Below are positions 34,027-42,196 of a stretch of 64,000 nt of DNA, one piece after another; position 1 is the first letter of the stretch; the number at the start of each line of letters is the position of its first letter. The stretch is from IMG/VR virus record IMGVR_UViG_3300032007_000008; one strand, written 5' to 3'. Source of the stretch: a virus (taxonomy: Duplodnaviria; Heunggongvirae; Uroviricota; Caudoviricetes). The notes under the pieces were generated by a model. That model had not been told where the DNA came from. It saw only the letters and a program-made list of their open reading frames with translations, and made no database searches. The position numbers and the translations under genes were made by a program.

Positions 34027-35607
34027 TCAACCGGCAAGTGCCTCCGCCACAGGCTCGTATCGAGCCGAGTTCAGCTTCTTGACGAGAATTGCATGGGGGT
34101 CGAGTTCGTTCGACATAACCATATCCACGTTGTTGGAGCTGAAGCCCGAGATGAGGGCAACGCCGGACTTGGACTGCTGCAACGGCACGGTGCCGGTGCG
34201 GCTGTTAAGGTTCCAGAAGACAAGCTTCGGCATTACATAGCCGTTGGCCTCGAACTTGCGAGAAATGCCGTCAAACAAGGTCTTGCCCTTAGCATCCCAA
34301 TTGCCGCGTCCGTAATATCCGTCGCCAATCGAAGGTGCGTAGCACTGAGCGTCGAACTCGCAATCGCTGAAGATGAGAACCGTCGAAGGAATCTCGTTCT
34401 GCGACATGTGGTTGTCCACGGCAGTCTTGAGGATAAGGTCGAAAACGGCCTCGATATCCGTGTTGTCGTACAGCGACTTCGCAAAGGCAAGCTGCAAGCG
34501 GTCCTTGAGGGACTTGCAGTTCGTCATGTCAACGAACGATGGCTTTGACGAGAACGTGATGTACTTGTCCTTGAACTCGCCGTTGCAGTGCTGCGCAAAG
34601 TAGAAGCCAAGCGCGTGTGCGACTTCCCATGCGCTGACGTTCGTGCCTCCGATTGTGGAGGTCATCGAACCGCTTGAGTCAACGACGCACATTACGCCTC
34701 CGTCGGAGTCCTTCAGCTTGTTCGGCATGGCGTTCCACATCGCCTCGACAGTCGGGTCGTCCGGAATCTGACACTTTCTGTTGCCATAGCCCCAGCTGCT
34801 CTTCGCTTGCGAGTAGAGCTTGTGGAGAATGTCGTGCGGGAATACGGCCTCGGAAGCGTTGATTTTCGCCTCGCCGCTCTTTACGGAATCAAGGTAAGCA
34901 TTGCGACGAGCTTCATCATGCTTCTTGAATGCATCCTTGTAGAGCAGGTTTGCGCGTGACGGAACGTGCTCGTAGTCGATTTCGGAGAAGTTCTTTGCGG
35001 ACATCTTCACTTCAACAACGTCGATGTACTTGCGCAACGCCGAGAGGGTCTTGCGATACTTGCGAGGAGACACCTCAAGGGCTGTAATCCACCTACGGGC
35101 AAGAGACTTCGTGCTCTCGGAAGATGTGTTCTCGGACGGCATCCACTTCGCAAGAAGCGAAACGGACTTGCCCTCGCGCATCTTCTCAACGTCATCGGAG
35201 AGCTGTCCGGCGACAATTTCGATGACATCGTTGCGAAGCTTCGAGTCGATAAGCATGACAAGGTTGTCCCAACGGGTGTATTCCGGTACGAGACGAATGA
35301 CCTTCTTTGCGATATCGTTCTTGTTCGAGACAAGCCAGTCCATGCAGACGCGGAACGTGCGACGCTCTCCACATCCGCCACGAATGTCGCCGATGAAAAA
35401 CAGGAACTTGACGGCAAGGCTCGGGTCTTCGAAGTACACCTTCGCAAACCTTTCAGCGATGGACGAATCCGTCTCGTTTCGGAGAGAGGACAGCATGAAA
35501 TTCATGGTAAGAATCTCCGAACCTGCGGATGCATATCCAATCGCTCCGTTCTCGGTGATGGAGATTTCGTTGTTGAGGGTCTTCTGCATTGCGTTAGCGA
35601 ATGACAT
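34027..35607 (-). CDS. vWA-domain (MIDAS) protein, 526 aa; possibly Ro60/TROVE-like or DUF2828-like
   Basis: The MIDAS motif VMCVVDSSGSM (DxSxS) sits in the C-terminal half. The N-terminal 300 aa or so is unassigned. The Ro60/DUF2828 attribution is inference only. Confidence 0.55.
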   Translation of the reverse strand: MSFANAMQKTLNNEISITENGAIGYASAGSEILTMNFMLSSLRNETDSSIAERFAKVYFEDPSLAVKFLFFIGDIRGGCGERRTFRVCMDWLVSNKNDIAKKVIRLVPEYTRWDNLVMLIDSKLRNDVIEIVAGQLSDDVEKMREGKSVSLLAKWMPSENTSSESTKSLARRWITALEVSPRKYRKTLSALRKYIDVVEVKMSAKNFSEIDYEHVPSRANLLYKDAFKKHDEARRNAYLDSVKSGEAKINASEAVFPHDILHKLYSQAKSSWGYGNRKCQIPDDPTVEAMWNAMPNKLKDSDGGVMCVVDSSGSMTSTIGGTNVSAWEVAHALGFYFAQHCNGEFKDKYITFSSKPSFVDMTNCKSLKDRLQLAFAKSLYDNTDIEAVFDLILKTAVDNHMSQNEIPSTVLIFSDCEFDAQCYAPSIGDGYYGRGNWDAKGKTLFDGISRKFEANGYVMPKLVFWNLNSRTGTVPLQQSKSGVALISGFSSNNVDMVMSNELDPHAILVKKLNSARYEPVAEALAG

Positions 35608-35663
35608 AATTGTTTCCTTTTTTTTGTGTTTGAATTAAGTTTTTTGTTGTTTTTGAAAGAACA

Positions 35664-35906
35664 TCAGCGATGGCGGTACTTCTTGCATCCATCCGTCTTG
35701 CGAGCCTTGTATTCTCCGCTCGCCTTGCATCGGCCTGGATGGTTTGTGAAAGATGCACAAGTGCAGCATTTTCCGTCGTTCAGCTTTGTCCCCTTAGCTT
35801 TCGTGGTCTTTGCCGATTCCTTGGCTTCCTTCGGAATTTTTGGCACCTTAGAGGACTTCTTCGATGTGACGTTTGTCTTTTGTTTAGTCTCAGTCTTCTT
35901 GCTCAT
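35664..35906 (-). CDS. Small, very basic, Cys-containing protein (80 aa)
   Basis: The RBS aaaaggaaaac is present. The composition is rich in Lys, Thr and Ser. Confidence 0.5.
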   Translation of the reverse strand: MSKKTETKQKTNVTSKKSSKVPKIPKEAKESAKTTKAKGTKLNDGKCCTCASFTNHPGRCKASGEYKARKTDGCKKYRHR

Positions 35907-35944
35907 GTTTTCCTTTTGTTTTCTGTTTCACTCAAACGCCGCCT

Positions 35945-35973
35945 ATTATACCACAGAAACATAAACGGCGCAA
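35945..35973 (-). promoter_or_regulatory. Promoter (minus strand) TTGCGC-N17-TATAATaggcggcgtttgag (conserved leader)
   Basis: The reverse complement reads gtttctgtggtataataggcggcgtttgag. Confidence 0.6.
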
Positions 35974-35991
35974 CACTTTTTCGTAAAAATT

Positions 35992-37200
35992 TTAGAAGAA
36001 GAAACCAGCATATTTCATCATAAGGTCTTCATGCCTCTTTAACGAGGCATCCCAGTCGGGATTCGAATAGTCTTCCTTTTCTACCTCCCACGTCTTCGTG
36101 TTAACGAACACGTTTGGAGACCAATCCCCTCCGTTCTTCTTGTATTGCCCATGTTTGCAATATCCAAGCGGATTCATGACACATAAGCAGTTTCCAATCT
36201 TGAAGCTGCTTCTGTGGTGAACATGGCCGCAGACCCAGCATTTTATCTGTGGATGAGATATTATGAAATCGTCAAGCTCCGACACGTAAGAGGCGTTCAT
36301 GGAGTCGTTAACGTATTCATCGCTTATGCACTTGGAGCTTGGGCAGTGATGCGTCATCACAACGATGTCTTTCGACGGATTCTCTTCAACGATTCTCTTT
36401 ATCTCGGAAAACGTCCGTTCGAAAAACCTCAGGTAATTTTCAGGTGTAAGGTAGAACTTGTCCGAATCATCCCATGGTTCGCGCTTGTAGGTGCCTTCTC
36501 TGGTTTTTCCGAAGTTGAAGTCGTTCATGCCACCGCCAGACATCTTTGGCGTTGCCATACGCATGTTTAACGCCTTGAAAGAATCGCCCTTGGACAGAGG
36601 ATAATCTATCGGAAACTCATAGTTCGTATAAAGAGTTGAACATACGAACAGTATGCCATCAACCTCTTTCGACATGACACCAACCGATTGGTCGAGAAAC
36701 GATATGTCGCCGCTTTCAGGAAACTCCTTGTGGTAATCCTCCTTAAGCTCCTCTATGGTTTTACCGTCGCGATTGTATACTATGTGGTTTCCGGCTATGA
36801 AAATTCCCTTGGATATATTGTTCCTAATCCAATCTGACGAAGATGAACGTGTTATTGTTATGGTATCTCCGTTTTTTGCCATGTCTAGGTTCCTTATGCG
36901 GATGCCGAGGTTCAGAAGAGATACCCTCTTTCCATCCGAATCCACCCAATGGCCAACATTCTTGCCATCTTCCGTCTTGTAAGTGATTTTCATAGAACCG
37001 GTCTCGAAATGCTCCATGATTTCCCCGTCAGACTCTATTCTCGGCTGAACAAGAACGTTTGACGATTCCACGGACACGAGTTTTCTCTCTCCGCTTATAT
37101 CGCCCGCAATCAAAGTGAACACTCCGTCCTTTTTCAGCGACAGTGGGTAGTCGTAGTTGTAGTCTATGTGAAGGTCGCTTATTACTCTGAACTTTTCCAT
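35992..37200 (-). CDS. Calcineurin-like metallophosphoesterase
   Basis: The motifs are ISDLHID (DxH), AGDIS (GD), IAGNHIVY (GNH) and VCGHVHH (GHxH). Confidence 0.75.
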   Translation of the reverse strand: MEKFRVISDLHIDYNYDYPLSLKKDGVFTLIAGDISGERKLVSVESSNVLVQPRIESDGEIMEHFETGSMKITYKTEDGKNVGHWVDSDGKRVSLLNLGIRIRNLDMAKNGDTITITRSSSSDWIRNNISKGIFIAGNHIVYNRDGKTIEELKEDYHKEFPESGDISFLDQSVGVMSKEVDGILFVCSTLYTNYEFPIDYPLSKGDSFKALNMRMATPKMSGGGMNDFNFGKTREGTYKREPWDDSDKFYLTPENYLRFFERTFSEIKRIVEENPSKDIVVMTHHCPSSKCISDEYVNDSMNASYVSELDDFIISHPQIKCWVCGHVHHRSSFKIGNCLCVMNPLGYCKHGQYKKNGGDWSPNVFVNTKTWEVEKEDYSNPDWDASLKRHEDLMMKYAGFFF

Positions 37201-37207
37201 GCCGTAA

Positions 37208-37236
37208 AGTATACCATATTATCCGAATTTCCGCAA
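37208..37236 (-). promoter_or_regulatory. Promoter (minus strand) TTGCGG-N17-TATACT. The ATG is only 7 nt downstream, so the mRNA is probably leaderless.
   Basis: The reverse complement reads ttgcggaaattcggataatatggtatactttacggcATG. Confidence 0.5.
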
Positions 37237-37265
37237 TAATAAAAAAGGCCGGCAAAATGCCGGCC
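37235..37265 (-). terminator. Rho-independent terminator (ggccggca-aaa-tgccggcc followed by a T-run on the minus strand)
   Basis: A perfect 8-bp stem with A/T runs on both sides. Confidence 0.8.
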
Positions 37266-37293
37266 AATACATACCAAGAAATTCAGTTCTCGA

Positions 37294-37821
37294 TTACTTG
37301 GAGGTCTTCTTGGCGGTACGCCTGCGAGTCTTCGACTTCGCGGTGAGAGAAGCCTTCACGACCTTGCAGTCCTTGCAGTCGTCCTTACCCTTTGCGGCAT
37401 GGAGCTTGTCTGCGTAAACGCCAACCTTCTCAATAATCTTGTGAATCTGACGGTTGAAGTTCTTGCCGAAGCTGAACTTGAGAATAGCCCATGCAACCGC
37501 AGTCGCCTCGTCGTACTTGTCGTTCTCCGAGCGAACGACGGAAACCTTCTCTCCGCCGTCGAAGATTACGATTGTCTCGTCCCCCTTGAACACGACCTTG
37601 CGCACAGCCGCCGCGCCAACGGCGACAGGAAGGAAGTTCATTGGAACGCTGTCAGGCGAAATGCGCTTCACAACCCTGAACCCATCGTCGCCTACGAGAG
37701 TCGCGACGGTAGGCATACCAAGGCCGCTCATGAAGCTCTTGCGTGAATTTACGGAGTAGGGAAAACGCGCCTCCTTGCGGAAACTGTCCTTTGTACGTCC
37801 GTTAGTCTTTGTCTTAGCCAT
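37294..37821 (-). CDS. Hypothetical protein with basic N- and C-termini
   Basis: An internal ATG with the RBS aaaggaaaaaag was chosen over the longer ORF to 37917. Confidence 0.5.
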   Translation of the reverse strand: MAKTKTNGRTKDSFRKEARFPYSVNSRKSFMSGLGMPTVATLVGDDGFRVVKRISPDSVPMNFLPVAVGAAAVRKVVFKGDETIVIFDGGEKVSVVRSENDKYDEATAVAWAILKFSFGKNFNRQIHKIIEKVGVYADKLHAAKGKDDCKDCKVVKASLTAKSKTRRRTAKKTSK

Positions 37822-37852
37822 TTCTTTTTTCCTTTTACTGTTTCTTGGTTTG

Positions 37853-38170
37853 TTAAGCGATATCGAACTTTGACTTGAAATTCCTTGAAAAGTCGCGAGC
37901 GTCGCTGCGAGTTCCAAATCCGAGTGTTGCCATCGGAACGGACTGGTTCGAGATTACAACAGTCCAGTCCTCTCCACGCGAATGCGAATGCTCAGTGGTG
38001 GTCGATTTGACATCACCATGCTTCCACAACGAAGTGTACGAAAAATCGCCAGACTTCGCCTTTACGCTGATTCCGCTCTTACGGCGGCTGAACTTCATCG
38101 TAGTCTTTCCGTGAGTAACCTTTACGGTATCCTTGCGGAAAGTCGCCATGTTCTTTGTATTCTTTTTCAT
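37853..38170 (-). CDS. Hypothetical basic protein (105 aa)
   Basis: The RBS is gaggaacaag. Confidence 0.5.
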   Translation of the reverse strand: MKKNTKNMATFRKDTVKVTHGKTTMKFSRRKSGISVKAKSGDFSYTSLWKHGDVKSTTTEHSHSRGEDWTVVISNQSVPMATLGFGTRSDARDFSRNFKSKFDIA

Positions 38171-38182
38171 TTTACTTGTTCC

Positions 38183-38953
38183 TCAATAATTTCGGAATGA
38201 ACTTCTGAATGTCCTTTTCCTCGTGTTCGGCGAATAGTATATCACATTATCACTATTTCCGCAACAGCTTTTCTTTTCTTTTTTGTCGGAATCTTCTAGC
38301 CAGTCGTTTTCATATGCAACAAAGGCGAACACCGCGCCTGCCATTAGAAAACTCCATGCAATCCAAAATATCATCGTAGCATGAGAAGTTGTTTCGTATT
38401 CGTACACCTCAGGAATAGTCTTTTCGTAATATACCGGAGTGTCGTCTGATATTGTCTTGTCCTTAAGCTCGGAAAATATAGTGCAGTTGAATGTTCGTGG
38501 GCGAGTCTCGAAGATTATCCTCTTGTGGTGTCCATTCGAAACGGTTTTCGATGAATACGGCACGGAGCTAAAGTTAAATTTTGATACGGGTAAACGGATT
38601 CCGATAAACTTGCAGCTCGTGGCCTTATCCCTCTCCACGGAATACGTATCCCAAGTCCAGTAATGCTCCAACCGTGTTCGGTGTACACGGTGTTTTCCGC
38701 TCCCTGTTGTATAGTGTACTACCCGTGTGTGCATCTGATACTTCTGGTATGTCCTTACTATCTCAAGATGCTTACCATCAATCCTATCGTCGGACACGGC
38801 ATCCTCGGTGAAGAAGTTTCCGTATGCAAATGTATATCCAAGGTCTGTTCTCATCGCATGGGAAAACTCATCGCTGGACTCAGAAATCTGAGCTGCCTGT
38901 CGGTATTTTAACGTGCTCTGATTCACAGAATGCTCTATTGAGGTAGATATCAA
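38183..38953 (-). CDS. Hypothetical protein with a C-terminal TM helix (the start is uncertain; the ORF begins at TTG)
   Basis: This is the longest ORF. No convincing ATG/RBS pair was found. Confidence 0.4.
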   Translation of the reverse strand: MISTSIEHSVNQSTLKYRQAAQISESSDEFSHAMRTDLGYTFAYGNFFTEDAVSDDRIDGKHLEIVRTYQKYQMHTRVVHYTTGSGKHRVHRTRLEHYWTWDTYSVERDKATSCKFIGIRLPVSKFNFSSVPYSSKTVSNGHHKRIIFETRPRTFNCTIFSELKDKTISDDTPVYYEKTIPEVYEYETTSHATMIFWIAWSFLMAGAVFAFVAYENDWLEDSDKKEKKSCCGNSDNVIYYSPNTRKRTFRSSFRNY

Positions 38954-39093
38954 AAACCAACCAAAAACAGAAGCGATGCTATTGTGACAGAAAATATCGC
39001 CTCTCTAAGCGTTATTTCAACATTCCCTATGTATATGCTGTACATGTTGACGTTTTATCCGTTCCTTAAGAAGCTCGAATTGACAACTCGCCT

Positions 39094-39474
39094 CTATTTT
39101 GTTGCCGTGACACAAGGGGTCTTCTCCCTTTTCTTGGCCTCGAAGTTCGAATAGATGGAGCAGATGTTGAAGTTGTCATTCCAGAATCTACACTTTGACT
39201 TGTCCATAGGACAGTCTCCATAGTCGTAATTATCTTTCTTCATCGCTTTTATCGCCTTCTGGTACGGAAGTTTCCACGTCACCTCATCGCTATCCCTTCT
39301 TCCGAAGAACCTTCTCTTTTTGTGCTCCTTGCCGCATAGATAGAGAAGGTCGTAGTCCAGAAGAATGACCTTTCCGTCCTCCCTTGTCCAGAATCCGTGG
39401 TTCAGATGGTTCTCCAGAAGTTCTTGCCCATCCTCGACTACAATCGTACCGTCCGGCTCCCTGTACCAGCTCAT
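39094..39474 (-). CDS. Hypothetical protein, paralog of 40125..40466 (shared N-terminus MS[W/L]YREPDGT)
   Basis: The ATG was chosen by homology to the paralog. The first 45 nt are nearly identical between the two copies. Confidence 0.5.
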   Translation of the reverse strand: MSWYREPDGTIVVEDGQELLENHLNHGFWTREDGKVILLDYDLLYLCGKEHKKRRFFGRRDSDEVTWKLPYQKAIKAMKKDNYDYGDCPMDKSKCRFWNDNFNICSIYSNFEAKKREKTPCVTATK

Positions 39475-39490
39475 AATGTCTATTTGCTTT

Positions 39491-39838
39491 TTAAACAATC
39501 TTTTCTGTTACTGTTTCATAGATATGGTGACAACATCCACCACATGGGTCTGACAGTTCATCCCAATCGTCATTGATTAGCTTAGGACATCTGTAGTGAT
39601 ATCCGTTCTCCTTGGTCTCGTTGTCGCAATATATGTGCTTTGTCTTTTCAACGTCGATGAGCCTTACTCTAATCTCTTTCTCCCAGTCCGCAACGCATAT
39701 TCCGCTGAACCTTATTTCAACACCATTTGGAAGAATAATGGTAATGGGCTTGTTCTTGCCGTTTGAATACAGTTCCATCTCCTTTTCTATTTCGGAAATG
39801 AAGTCCTTTGCCCCATTAATCTTTACTTCTTCGCCCAT
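39491..39838 (-). CDS. Hypothetical Cys-containing protein (115 aa)
   Basis: The ORF is clean. Confidence 0.5.
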   Translation of the reverse strand: MGEEVKINGAKDFISEIEKEMELYSNGKNKPITIILPNGVEIRFSGICVADWEKEIRVRLIDVEKTKHIYCDNETKENGYHYRCPKLINDDWDELSDPCGGCCHHIYETVTEKIV

Positions 39839-39892
39839 TTTTCTTTTCCATATTAAACTTCTTGCATTTCTTGATTATATCGTAGATGCCTG

Positions 39893-40105
39893 TCATTTGC
39901 TGAGTCTCTTTATGGCTTCGTTGATGGCAGCATACCCTTCGCCGATTTCTTGATTGGAGATAAATTCGTCTGAATCAATCTGAATGTTTGAAAGGCATTC
40001 ACAAAGTTCCGCATTTGTCAGTTCCTCGGGCTTCAACAAAACCCACTTGTCGTTTCTGTTGACTTCAATCTTCATAACGTCTTCGGGTCTTTCCGTATTC
40101 GACAT
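39893..40105 (-). CDS. Hypothetical protein (70 aa)
   Basis: A small ORF in the gene array. Confidence 0.45.
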   Translation of the reverse strand: MSNTERPEDVMKIEVNRNDKWVLLKPEELTNAELCECLSNIQIDSDEFISNQEIGEGYAAINEAIKRLSK

Positions 40106-40124
40106 AGTGTGATATGCCTCGTCG

Positions 40125-40466
40125 TCAATAAGTCCCTACACCAAAGTTGTCGTGTCCAGAAATCACTGCGGAAATCCCGATTGGTGAGCCGTTGTGGAAA
40201 TTGGTTATGAGCCTCACGCAAAGTTTGTCAATGTTCTTCTTCTCCCAGTCAAGAAATTCGTCTCTCGCAGCAAGGTACTTTTTCTGGACGGACCAGTATT
40301 TATTCGCCTGTGCGTCGTAGATGAACAGATTCTTGGCTTTATCGTTGAGATTGAGAACCTTCTCGTACCTCTTCTTTGCCTCTTCAAGCAGCTTGTCGTA
40401 GTCAATTGTCATGTCAATATTCATATGGATTACTTTCGTACCGTCCGGTTCTCTATACAAGCTCAT
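40125..40466 (-). CDS. Hypothetical protein, paralog of 39094..39474
   Basis: The start is an ATG, and the N-terminus MSLYREPDGT is shared. Confidence 0.5.
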   Translation of the reverse strand: MSLYREPDGTKVIHMNIDMTIDYDKLLEEAKKRYEKVLNLNDKAKNLFIYDAQANKYWSVQKKYLAARDEFLDWEKKNIDKLCVRLITNFHNGSPIGISAVISGHDNFGVGTY

Positions 40467-40513
40467 AATGTCAATTCTGCGTTATTTTTCCTTTTCGCAT
40501 CGGAAAAATGCCG

Positions 40514-41056
40514 TCAAAACAGCTTCATCGGCTTGGTGTCGTTCATCGACTCATCAGCTCGATAATACTCAAATTTGATAAAATCGTATCCTACGATTGA
40601 CAGAAACAGACTCGTGGGAAACTTCCTGCAATATCTGTTATAGTCTCTGACATATTCATTAAACGCCTTCTTGTGCTGAGCAAGATGGTTCTCTACAATC
40701 GAAATCTCTTCCATCAGCATCTTGTAATTAGCCTGAGAACGCAGTTCTGGATACCTCTCCTCGACACGGCTAAATGCGGCAAGGCACTCCTTGACCTCCT
40801 TGCCGTTCATGTTCTTTCCACGTGCGGCAATTGTGTCTGTCAGTGTGCGGTATTCATGGGCATCATAATTCTTTACGCATTCTGCAAGTTCGGTAAGCTT
40901 GTTGAATCGATTCGCAAGCTGAACGTCAATCCCAGATTGAGCCGTTTTAACAGACTCTTCGAGACTTATAGCTCCATTTTGCGAAGACATGACGCAACAT
41001 AGGCCGATGAGAAAAATTCCGGCAATTGCCGAAAGAACGATTACTGTTAATTTCAT
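40514..41056 (-). CDS. LemA-family membrane protein
   Basis: An N-terminal TM helix is followed by matches to the LemA consensus: VQLANRFN, RYPELRSQANYKMLMEEISIVENHLAQHKKAFNEYVRDYNRYCRKFPTSL. Confidence 0.6.
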   Translation of the reverse strand: MKLTVIVLSAIAGIFLIGLCCVMSSQNGAISLEESVKTAQSGIDVQLANRFNKLTELAECVKNYDAHEYRTLTDTIAARGKNMNGKEVKECLAAFSRVEERYPELRSQANYKMLMEEISIVENHLAQHKKAFNEYVRDYNRYCRKFPTSLFLSIVGYDFIKFEYYRADESMNDTKPMKLF

Positions 41057-41116
41057 TTGTTGTGCTCCGTTGTGTTGATGGCGTATATAATACCATAAAA
41101 CAGCAAAATGCGCAAC

Positions 41117-41144
41117 AATAAAAAAGGAGCCTTTTCAGGCTCCC
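41117..41144 (-). terminator. Rho-independent terminator (minus strand) after the SprT-like gene
   Basis: ggagcc-ttttca-ggctcc, followed by a T6 run on the minus strand. Confidence 0.6.
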
Positions 41145-41148
41145 ATCT

Positions 41149-42147
41149 TTAGGTATGGTAAATGTTTATTGTCTTGAACGGAAATTCATCGAAATACCAT
41201 TTGTTGAACTTCTGCTTGAAATCATCTTCGGTATCGCATCTCCATCCACGAAGTCTGGTTCTGCAACTCCTCTGAGAGTTGAACCAGTCGCTGTGCGCTT
41301 TATAGCAGTCTATCCTAGTAAGTCCATTTGCCCTGAAATACGACCAATACTGCTCTATATGAGCTAGAAGGCTGTTCAATGCCTCCATGTCGGTCTTCAC
41401 AATAAACTTGTGATTTGTATAGACTAGAACCGCAGCAACCGCATTTGACATTCGGTTGTTGAGTATCTCTCTATTATGAGCAGAAATCTGTGAAGCGGCC
41501 TTCTCTTCCTGGCTTACATATTTCTGAATCTCCCAGCCGTCCTTCTTGAGACGCTCAGCCTCTTTCAAGAAAAACACAGGACCGTGGGCATCATATGCTC
41601 GACGGCTCACTTTTCTTCCGTTGTATATGAAATGCTCAGGATGGAAAACGTAATCCGCTATGTGAATCATCTCATGGAGAAGTGTCGTCTTCTTGATGTT
41701 TTCTGGAGATTCGTTATAGTTTGACAGCGTAATTTTAAAGTTAAAAAGAGGCCCCTGACACCATCCATTTCTTCTGCTGAAGCTATATGACGCCCGTCCC
41801 CACGTCCTCGACGAATTATTTGTCTCGAATGCTATGTTTTTTGGAAGCTGTGAATCCCAGTACTTTGCGTTGAAAATGTCATACCACTTCCGCATCCATG
41901 CTTCGTCCACAATCATCTTTTCGTCAGACTGCGAGTTCGAATCTGTCTGCTGTACACCGCTGGAAGGCTCGGTCTCTGAAGATGGAGACGAAGGAGCTGC
42001 CGTCTGTTGCGGCGATGGCTGCTCTTCCGTATTAGGCTCCGTCTCTGGTGTTGATGGTACGTTCGCAGTGGAAGATTGCCGCTCTTTGTACATACTGAGT
42101 ATTTCATCAGGTGACATCACTTCCGTTATAGGCGAAATTCTGCTCAT
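41149..42147 (-). CDS. SprT-like HExxH zinc metalloprotease with an N-terminal Pro/Ser/Thr/Glu-rich low-complexity region
   Basis: The TTLLHEMIHIADY motif is present. The N-terminal region reads PSTPETEPNTEEQPSPQQTAAPSSPSSETEPSS. Confidence 0.6.
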   Translation of the reverse strand: MSRISPITEVMSPDEILSMYKERQSSTANVPSTPETEPNTEEQPSPQQTAAPSSPSSETEPSSGVQQTDSNSQSDEKMIVDEAWMRKWYDIFNAKYWDSQLPKNIAFETNNSSRTWGRASYSFSRRNGWCQGPLFNFKITLSNYNESPENIKKTTLLHEMIHIADYVFHPEHFIYNGRKVSRRAYDAHGPVFFLKEAERLKKDGWEIQKYVSQEEKAASQISAHNREILNNRMSNAVAAVLVYTNHKFIVKTDMEALNSLLAHIEQYWSYFRANGLTRIDCYKAHSDWFNSQRSCRTRLRGWRCDTEDDFKQKFNKWYFDEFPFKTINIYHT

Positions 42148-42196
42148 TGTGGTGCTGTTTTAATATTATTTAGGGTACAGCACCGATTGCCAAAAT

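Noticed and set aside
34966-35638. Two plus-strand ORFs (212 and 204 aa) antisense to the vWA gene
   Set aside because: They are shadow ORFs within a long, well-supported minus-strand gene. There are no start signals.
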